Translations under genes and position numbers: made by a program
In this document: piece by piece, positions 57,606 through 64,000 of the stretch
How positions within the stretch are numbered: the stretch's first letter is position 1
Layout: the number at the start of each line of letters is the position of its first letter
Notes under the pieces: generated by a model
The model's database searches: none
What the model saw: only the letters and a program-made list of their open reading frames with translations
Told to the model about the DNA's origin: nothing
From: Candidatus Eremiobacteria bacterium
GTDB lineage: Bacteria > Vulcanimicrobiota > Vulcanimicrobiia > Vulcanimicrobiales > Vulcanimicrobiaceae
NCBI GenBank assembly: GCA_963758295.1
Contig: CAVWUU010000004.1
Coordinates: forward strand, 1,184,001 to 1,248,000
DNA length: 64,000 bases
Direction: 5' to 3'

Positions 57606-58252
57606 TTTGTTCGAGCGGTACGAAGAGTCCCAAGATTCACGCCAGCGCCTACGTGGCGCCGACCGCTACGGTCAGCGGCGACGTGACGATCGGCGGCGGC
57701 TGTGCCGTGCTTCATGGCGCCGTAATCTCAGCGGAAGGCGCGCCGATCGTCATTGGCCCCGAAACGGTCGTGATGGAGAACACCGTGATCAAATCCAGCG
57801 GCGGATCGGCGTTGCAGTTTCCCGTGACGATCGGCGAGCGCTGCATCGTGGGCGCGCACAGCCTGATCGTGGGAGCGGAGATCGGCGACGGGGCTTTCGT
57901 CGGCGCGGGCGCGCAAATCTACAACACCGTTTCGGTGAAACCACACGAGCACGTCGCTCCGGGCGCGACACTGTCGCCGCCGGGCGACTTCTTCGAGACG
58001 GTTTTCAATCTCGCGAAGAGCGGCGACGTTGCGGCCCGTGCCGCGCAAACGTACGCGCAATTTTTGCGCAAGACGCACGCGCAAGATACGGAACTCGCGC
58101 GGCACGCACATCAAGCGCCGAAACGGCGCGCAATCGACGAGCCGCCTCTAGCCGTGCCCGAAGTCGAAGGCGTGGTCGACGCGATGATGCTCGAGCTGCA
58201 AGAAATGGAACTGCGGCGCCGACAAGCGCTCAAGAAAAACCCGAAGAAGTAA
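57602..58252 (+). CDS. Gamma-carbonic-anhydrase-like left-handed beta-helix protein
   Basis: P.IH.SAYVAPTATV.GDVTIG hexapeptide repeats. Confidence 0.8.
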   Translation: MICSSGTKSPKIHASAYVAPTATVSGDVTIGGGCAVLHGAVISAEGAPIVIGPETVVMENTVIKSSGGSALQFPVTIGERCIVGAHSLIVGAEIGDGAFVGAGAQIYNTVSVKPHEHVAPGATLSPPGDFFETVFNLAKSGDVAARAAQTYAQFLRKTHAQDTELARHAHQAPKRRAIDEPPLAVPEVEGVVDAMMLELQEMELRRRQALKKNPKK

Positions 58253-59043
58253 TGGTCGCCGAGCCGTACCTCGAGTTCGCGAAGAAAGCCTTCGCGCGCG
58301 AAGCGACCTATCGTCTCGAGGTCGCCACCGAAGTAGGCTCGCTCGTGCTCCGAGTGTATTTGCTGCGCTCGCTGTGGACGGCGCTCTACGCCCAAAACGC
58401 GGCGCCGCTCAATCTTCCGCTGCACAGCATGATCACCTATGCAACGGTGGCGATGCTGATGTCGCTGATTCTTGAAGTCGACGGCACCCGGCTCATTCGC
58501 GAAAAGATTCGCGAGGGAACCATCGCAACGGACCTGATGAAGCCGATCAGCGTGCCCATGTACTTCTTCAGCGATGGCGCCGGCCAGACGATGCTGCACG
58601 CGGTGCTTGTGGTTCCGTCGTTGCTCTTCGCACTGTTGCTCGTGCACATCGACGTGCCGCCGCCCGCAACGCTCGCGGCGTTTGCGTTCTCTTTTTTACT
58701 GGGCTACGGCGTTAACTTCTTCGTCAATTTCTTGATGAACTCGATCGCGTTCTGGACGCTCGAAACGTTTGCCATGCAGCTCATAGTCCGTTGGGCTTCG
58801 GATCTGCTCTCGGGGCAAATCATTCCGCTAACGTTTTTCCCGGGAGTTTTCGGCCGCATCGTCTTCGCGTTGCCCTTCGCGGCGATTTACTCCACGCCGC
58901 TGCTCATTTACGTCGGCGTGATCAAACCGGCACAGTGGCCGGCATATTTGGGAGCGCAAGCGTTATGGCTCGTGCTTTTCAGCGGGCTCGCGGCAGTCGT
59001 CTGGCGCGCGGCTTCGCGCCGGATCGTCATTCAAGGCGGCTAA
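58252..59043 (+). CDS. ABC-2 family permease 1 (DUF990-type)
   Basis: IREG.IA.DL.KP, LSGQIIPL.FFP, LPF, C-terminal IQGG; ATG overlaps the upstream TAA. Confidence 0.88.
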   Translation: MVAEPYLEFAKKAFAREATYRLEVATEVGSLVLRVYLLRSLWTALYAQNAAPLNLPLHSMITYATVAMLMSLILEVDGTRLIREKIREGTIATDLMKPISVPMYFFSDGAGQTMLHAVLVVPSLLFALLLVHIDVPPPATLAAFAFSFLLGYGVNFFVNFLMNSIAFWTLETFAMQLIVRWASDLLSGQIIPLTFFPGVFGRIVFALPFAAIYSTPLLIYVGVIKPAQWPAYLGAQALWLVLFSGLAAVVWRAASRRIVIQGG

Positions 59044-59312
59044 TTCTCGACGAAGATTTCGTCGACGTAACACCACCGCCAGTGCTCTCCCGGCTGGAAA
59101 GAGCGGATCACGGGATGATTGGTTTGGTGGAAATGCTTTGTTGCATGCTTGTTCTTCGAGTCGTCACAGCAGCCGACGTGGCCGCACTCGAGGCACAGTC
59201 GCAAGTGCAGCCACTCGTCGCCCATCTTCAGACACTCTTCGCAGCCGTCGGGCGTACGCGGTTGTGCGTCGCCCGCCAACTGCAAATGTTTACATTCCTC
59301 GTTTGCTCTCAT
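59040..59312 (-). CDS. UBP-type zinc-finger protein
   Basis: C.HL, GCEECL, LRLCLECGHVGCCD.S.NKHATKH, W.WCYVD. Confidence 0.92.
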   Translation of the reverse strand: MRANEECKHLQLAGDAQPRTPDGCEECLKMGDEWLHLRLCLECGHVGCCDDSKNKHATKHFHQTNHPVIRSFQPGEHWRWCYVDEIFVEN

Positions 59313-59316
59313 GCCG

Positions 59317-60049
59317 CTACCCTTCGGCCGCCGGGACGTCCCACAGCAGCAACTCGCCGCTTCCGCGTACGGACAATTTCGAAACGCCGTGCATGCGGAC
59401 CGCATCGCCCGCTTCAAGTCGCTCGCCGTTGGCTTCCACGTTGCCTTCGGCAACGAATAAGAACGCGTACCGCTCGGCGCCGAACTCGCGCTCGACGGTC
59501 GCGTTCTCCAATCGCGAGACGGAGAACGTTGCATCTTGCGTGATGCGGATCGGCGCTTCGATGCCGCTGCGTCCGCTTGCAACGAGCAGCCAACGATTAC
59601 GCCGGGCCTCCTCGTCGAAAGCCTCCTGCCCGTACGAGGGCGGTTCGCCGCGTCTGCCGGGAAGCACCCACATCTGGACGAGGTGCAGCGGCAGGTCTTT
59701 GCGGTTGTTGAACTCGCTGTGACGCACGCCGGTGCCCGCGCTCATGAATTGCACGCCCCCGGGGCCGACGACGCCGTGATTCCCCATACTGTCCTCATGC
59801 GCAAGTTCGCCGGAGAGAACGTACGTGAGAATCTCCATGTCGCGATGCGGATGGGCCGGGAAGCCCGCGCCGGCGGCGACGTAGTCATCGTTGAAGCACG
59901 CGCAACGCGCCCCAATTTAGGTTCTTCGGATCGTAGTAATCGGCAAAGCTGAACGAGTGAGCCGTCTTGAGCCACCCGTGATCGAACCAAGCGCGCTCGG
60001 AAGAGCGCTGAATAGCAAAAATAGGGGCTGTCGAAGTCGATGCGTGCAT
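59317..60049 (-). pseudogene. Pirin family protein with a +1 frameshift near 59895 (probably a sequence error)
   Basis: DHGWLKT.HSFSFADYYDP.N..WGALRV in one frame; NDD.V..G.GFP.HPHRDMEILTYV.SG...H.DSMGN in another; AGGAG SD before ATG 60049. Confidence 0.85.
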
Positions 60050-60944
60050 GGTTACCGGCTCCTAATCCGCGCGCAACCGGAACAAGGTTGCGGATGCGGC
60101 CGAGCAAGAGATGATAGTACAGCATACCGCGCATCGGGCCGAGGGTCTCGAGAACCCGGTCGAGGTTTACCTCGGGATCCCCCGAGAGCAGTTTGATCGT
60201 ACGCGCAACGCCGGAGTCATTCATCGGAAACGTGTCCAAACGGCCGAAGCCGCGCAATAGCACGACGGCGGCGCTCCAGCGGCCGATGCCTCGGATGTTT
60301 ATCAGCCGGTCGGACGCTTCGGGGGTCGGCAACGCTTCGATCTCTTCTTCCGTCACTTCCCCCCGCACGATCGAGCCGGCGGCAGAACGGAGATGCTGCA
60401 CTTTGTTCTGCGATAATCCCGCTGCGCGCAAGGCCGCTTCGGGCGTTTGAAGCACCGCTTCGGGCGTAGGAAATGCGAAAGCCCCGAGCCCTTTCGCCGG
60501 CGCACCCACCGTTTCGATAGTCCGCCGCATAATGGCGCCGGCGGCGTGAATGCTGATCTGCTGAAAGACGATGGCGTGCGCGCATGCCTCCCACAGCGAC
60601 GCATAGCGCGGCGGCTTTACGCCGCGCACTTCGTGGGCGAGCAACGCCAGCCATGGAATCTTCGCGCTGCGCTCGTACCAATCGGCGAGATCGACGCGCG
60701 CTCCGAGCATCTTCTCGACGATCGGCACGACCCAGTCGTCGCGCTTTTGGCTCGCCTGGACCAAGAGCGTTCGCTCGTCCTGCTGCGTTACCCGAACCAG
60801 CGTGCGCTTTCCACGAACGTCGAAGTAGCGATGGTATGCACCATCCTGCGCAACGATGTCCACCACGTTGGCAGCTAGGCGGCGCAGCGCATCGACGGTG
60901 AGGTCGAGCCGGAAGGGCGGCGCAACGGGGAGTTCTGCGCGCAT
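59742..60944 (-). CDS. alkA: AlkA-like DNA-3-methyladenine glycosylase (recognisable part ends near 60090; the long tail is doubtful)
   Basis: WEA..AIVFQQIS, FPTPE, LRAAGLS..K, HhH IRGIGRWSA, FP.ND. Confidence 0.82.
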   Translation of the reverse strand: MRAELPVAPPFRLDLTVDALRRLAANVVDIVAQDGAYHRYFDVRGKRTLVRVTQQDERTLLVQASQKRDDWVVPIVEKMLGARVDLADWYERSAKIPWLALLAHEVRGVKPPRYASLWEACAHAIVFQQISIHAAGAIMRRTIETVGAPAKGLGAFAFPTPEAVLQTPEAALRAAGLSQNKVQHLRSAAGSIVRGEVTEEEIEALPTPEASDRLINIRGIGRWSAAVVLLRGFGRLDTFPMNDSGVARTIKLLSGDPEVNLDRVLETLGPMRGMLYYHLLLGRIRNLVPVARGLGAGNHARIDFDSPYFCYSALFRARLVRSRVAQDGSLVQLCRLLRSEEPKLGRVARASTMTTSPPARASRPIRIATWRFSRTFSPANLRMRTVWGITASSAPGACNS

Positions 60945-60961
60945 GTTGAAGCGCATCAAGA

Positions 60962-61756
60962 ATGCTCGAGGCCTACAAGCAGTATTGGCGCGTCAATCTG
61001 CTCACGATGATTGAGTACCGCGCAAACTTCTTTATGTGGTTGGCGTTCACGATTGTCTATCACGGCGTAGCACTTGCGGCGCTCTTCGTAACGATGCGCA
61101 CGTTCCCGTCCATGAACGGATGGGATTTTCGCCAGATGTTCTTTCTCTACGCGTTGTGGATGACGGGCCACGAGCTGCATAACACCTTATTCTTCAACGT
61201 GGTGAGCGTTCCGGAATTCGTCCGCGAAGGCCGCTTCGACCGCTTTCTCGTTCGTCCGCTCGATGCACTTTTTCAGGTCCTCACCGTTCCGCAGCAGATC
61301 TTTCCCGACGGCCTTATCCTCGCCATCATGACGCTCGCCGTCGCAACCCCCTTCGCAGGTGTCCGCGTCGACTGGGTCTTCGGGATTTTTATTCCGCTCA
61401 CCGCAATCGGCGGCGCCTTGATCGACCTCGGGATTTCGCTTGCGATCGCAACCATGTCATTTTGGTTTGTGCGCGTGGATACGTTACGCTGGGCCGTGAT
61501 GTCGCTGGAACAAGATTTCACGCGCTATCCCATCAGCATTTACCAGCGCGGCGTGCGCCTCGTGCTCACGTTCATCTTTCCGTTTGCGTTCATGAACTAT
61601 TTCCCCGCAACGTTTTTCTTGCAGAAAGCGGAGACCGGATTGCACCTGAATCCCGCCGTCGGCTTGCTCACGCCCGCAATCGGCATTGCATGGCTTCTCG
61701 TTTCTTATGGATTCTGGCAGACCGGTCTGCGCCGGTACCAAGGAACCGGCTCGTGA
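60962..61756 (+). CDS. ABC-2 family permease 2 (DUF990-type)
   Basis: EYRANF, GW, VREG.FD.FLVRP, YPISIY, PFAF..YFP, GLRRY.GTGS. Confidence 0.9.
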   Translation: MLEAYKQYWRVNLLTMIEYRANFFMWLAFTIVYHGVALAALFVTMRTFPSMNGWDFRQMFFLYALWMTGHELHNTLFFNVVSVPEFVREGRFDRFLVRPLDALFQVLTVPQQIFPDGLILAIMTLAVATPFAGVRVDWVFGIFIPLTAIGGALIDLGISLAIATMSFWFVRVDTLRWAVMSLEQDFTRYPISIYQRGVRLVLTFIFPFAFMNYFPATFFLQKAETGLHLNPAVGLLTPAIGIAWLLVSYGFWQTGLRRYQGTGS

Positions 61757-62628
61757 ATCGCCGCGTCTTTCTCGCAAGCGGTGCCGCGTTCGGCTTACTG
61801 CCGCATCACGCTTTCGCCGGCGCCCTCGAATCGCAGATTCCCGCAATCGCCCGCGCAGCGAGCGGCGTCGTGGGCGTATACTGCCGTACGCTCGGGGATC
61901 AGCCGCCCGTTATCGCCTACAACCACCACGAGCAGTTCCCGGCGGCATCCACCATCAAGGTGCTCATCATGACAACGGCGTTTCGTCTGGAAGAACGCCG
62001 CCGCGGGACGCTGGACGACCGCATAACCACGCGGCGCAGCGATTTGATCGGCGGCTCGCCGTTCATGGAAACCCTTGCCGACGGCGCACGCGTACGCGTC
62101 CGCGATCTTGTCGTTCCGATGATTCAGGTGAGCGACAACACGGCGAGCAATGCGTTGATGCGCCACTTCGGATTGGACACGATTAACGCCGTCGGTGCTC
62201 GAGCCGGGATGCATCACACGCGGCTGGCGCGCACGTTTTTGGACTACACGGCAATCGTCCACCATCACGACAACGTGACTACGCCAAGCGACATGGCTGG
62301 ACTGCTTTTCCTCATTGCACGCGGCGCGCGAGAAGGTGAGAAGACGATCGCGTCGCCCGCGCACTGCCGCCGTATGATCGACATCATGCTGGGACAAACC
62401 GACCGCGACGCCATTCCCGCCGGTTTGCCGCCGCGAACGCAAGTCGCAAATAAAACCGGCGAGATCGACGGAACGCGCAACGATATTGCTATCGTCGAGC
62501 CGTTCCGCGACTCGCCGTACATTCTCACGATTTACAGTAAGTGGGTTGAGGACTACGGGGCCGTCTACGGTGCAATGCACCGCATCGCGCGCGCTTCATA
62601 CGCGGCGTTGAACGGTACGCAAGCCTAG
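61753..62628 (+). CDS. Class A beta-lactamase-like serine hydrolase with a Tat signal
   Basis: MNRRVFL; ASTIK (SxxK), SDN, KTG; GTG at 61753. Confidence 0.88.
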   Translation: MNRRVFLASGAAFGLLPHHAFAGALESQIPAIARAASGVVGVYCRTLGDQPPVIAYNHHEQFPAASTIKVLIMTTAFRLEERRRGTLDDRITTRRSDLIGGSPFMETLADGARVRVRDLVVPMIQVSDNTASNALMRHFGLDTINAVGARAGMHHTRLARTFLDYTAIVHHHDNVTTPSDMAGLLFLIARGAREGEKTIASPAHCRRMIDIMLGQTDRDAIPAGLPPRTQVANKTGEIDGTRNDIAIVEPFRDSPYILTIYSKWVEDYGAVYGAMHRIARASYAALNGTQA

Positions 62629-63113
62629 CCTTTCGGCTCGATCGTAACCTTCGTCATCTTGTCGCCACGGCGGATCTGGTCCAGCGCGTCGTAGCCGTCG
62701 CTCATTTGCCCGAACACCGTGTACTGATTATCGAGAAAACGCGCGTCGTCGAGACACACGTAGAACTGCGAACCGGCGGAGTTAGGGTCCGAGCTGCGCG
62801 CCATCGCAACCGTTCCGCGCAGGTGCGGCTTCGAGTTGAATTCCGCTTTCAAACGGTACCCTGGGCCGCCGGTCCCGTTGCCGTCGGGATCGCCGCCCTG
62901 GACGACGAAGCCGGGCTCGACCCGGTGGAACGACAGCCCGTCGTAAAACCCGGCGCCGGCCAGCTTGATGAAGGCGGCAGAGTGCGCCGGCGCATCATCC
63001 GGAAAAAACGTGAAGACGAGGTCGCCTTTATCGGTCGTTATACGAGCTTGTGAGGTCCGGGCGCGCTCGACCAAAGCTTCAAGTTCGTCCCCTTGGGGTG
63101 GTGAATAGGCCAC
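62625..63113 (-). CDS. Cyclophilin-type peptidyl-prolyl isomerase
   Basis: FYDGL.FHRV.PGFVVQGGDP.G.GTGGPGY, AMAR, SAGSQFY, YTVFG. Confidence 0.95.
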   Translation of the reverse strand: MAYSPPQGDELEALVERARTSQARITTDKGDLVFTFFPDDAPAHSAAFIKLAGAGFYDGLSFHRVEPGFVVQGGDPDGNGTGGPGYRLKAEFNSKPHLRGTVAMARSSDPNSAGSQFYVCLDDARFLDNQYTVFGQMSDGYDALDQIRRGDKMTKVTIEPKG

Positions 63114-63240
63114 GTTTGAGGCTCCTTATCCGAGGTAGTTCGTGCGGGACGGGTTTTAGCGGAGCCTCGAATCGGGCCTTCCGCACGCAAAAACCGGGTT
63201 TGATGCAGGCGAAATCTGAGTAGAATCTACGAGGTTCGTC

Positions 63241-63708
63241 ATGTCCACTACATTCTACGGCCGCCCCGGAAACGAAGGCATCCCCAACATCCGGCTGCGC
63301 ATCCCGCCCGACGCCCGCTACGCCCGCACGGTCCGAGACGCGCTGATCGGGTTCGGTTCGCTGCACGGCGTTGGAGAAACGGATCTCGAAGCGCTGCTCT
63401 TTGCGGTCGGAGAAGCTCTCGCGAATGCTATCGAGCACTCGATGACCATGGCTGATATTGAAGTCTGCGCGGAAGTGGAGAAGCATCAAGTCACCGCAAC
63501 GGTAATCGATCGCGGGACCGGAATGCCGATGCTGCCCAGCGGTCGCGCGCCGCTGCCCGACGCGCTCTCGGAACGCGGACGCGGCATCCCGATCATGCAG
63601 CGCTGCGCCGACGTCTTCCAGGTGGCCCGCATGCCCGACGGCGGTACGGCGGTCACATTGGGACGTGTACGTCGTGAAAGAGCTCAGGAGTCGACGGTCG
63701 CGTCGTAA
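63241..63708 (+). CDS. RsbW-like anti-sigma factor (HATPase_c_2 domain)
   Basis: AVGEALANAIEH, V.DRG.G, ERGRGI.IM. Confidence 0.85.
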   Translation: MSTTFYGRPGNEGIPNIRLRIPPDARYARTVRDALIGFGSLHGVGETDLEALLFAVGEALANAIEHSMTMADIEVCAEVEKHQVTATVIDRGTGMPMLPSGRAPLPDALSERGRGIPIMQRCADVFQVARMPDGGTAVTLGRVRRERAQESTVAS

Positions 63709-63720
63709 AAAGAGGGCGGC

Positions 63721-64000
63721 ATGAAGAAACGTGCCGCCGCATTTTTTACTGCCGCGTTGATCTTCGCGCCGCTTGCCGCACCAGCGCAAACGGCTGCCGG
63801 GACCGCGGCCGATCCTGAAATTTCCGCTATCCTCGCGCAAGTCGACGCCGGGCATCTGCGCAGGACCGATACAGCGCTTGTAGGTTTCGGAACGCGGTCG
63901 CTTTTTTCCGAACGAACCTCCACCGCAACACACGGAGTCTTCGGGGCGCGCGACTGGATCGCGTCGCAATTCCGAGATATCGCCGCTACGAGCGGCGGCC
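63721..64000 (+). CDS. Secreted M28-family peptidase, N-terminal part; runs off the window edge
   Basis: MKKRAAAFFTAALIFAPLAAPA signal, then LVGFGTR...S....G..ARDWI..QF. Confidence 0.65.
   Translation, partial: MKKRAAAFFTAALIFAPLAAPAQTAAGTAADPEISAILAQVDAGHLRRTDTALVGFGTRSLFSERTSTATHGVFGARDWIASQFRDIAATSGG

Noticed and set aside
59742..60060. Apparent AlkA-pirin fusion
   Set aside because: The AlkA tail is not in the pirin frame; it reflects a missing stop and the nearby indel

Overview
GC-rich, gene-dense bacterial chromosomal window. I saw no rRNA, tRNA, CRISPR array, transposase, integrase or phage gene. A diderm envelope (TonB-dependent receptors) together with Gram-positive-type GAAC-N4-GTTC SOS boxes suggests a diderm Terrabacteria lineage such as Ca. 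Eremiobacterota/Vulcanimicrobiota; this is inference only. Contents from left to right: a B12 salvage locus (cobU, btuF, cobalamin riboswitch, btuBCD) with hflX; a PP2C phosphatase; phosphomannomutase; a split dynamin-like gene; nagA; cfa; a PadR/ADOP-type ABC exporter cluster; cysK-asparaginase II-metH; an MBL exonuclease and an ATP-dependent DNA ligase; a short BoxB-like epoxidase with a single-domain BoxC-like hydrolase opposite paaX; a TonB-dependent receptor; paaH/thiolase/aldehyde dehydrogenase; Lhr helicase with a metallophosphoesterase; a histone H1-like gene; an interrupted ABC-2 operon; a beta-lactamase-like protein; a cyclophilin; an RsbW-like protein. Best leads: (1) a four-protein Lhr/phosphoesterase/ligase/exonuclease repair system split over two loci, each preceded by a perfect SOS box, with beta-clamp-like motifs in three proteins; (2) a minimal PaaX-controlled Box-type aroyl-CoA epoxidation module with a candidate operator; (3) a shared operator upstream of three PadR paralogues, plus a PadR relic in frame behind the metH stop codon; (4) several genes that appear to start at non-canonical codons (CTG, ACG, ATA). 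Several single-base frameshifts suggest that the assembly contains indel errors. All protein calls come from motif recognition by eye; no database searches were run.
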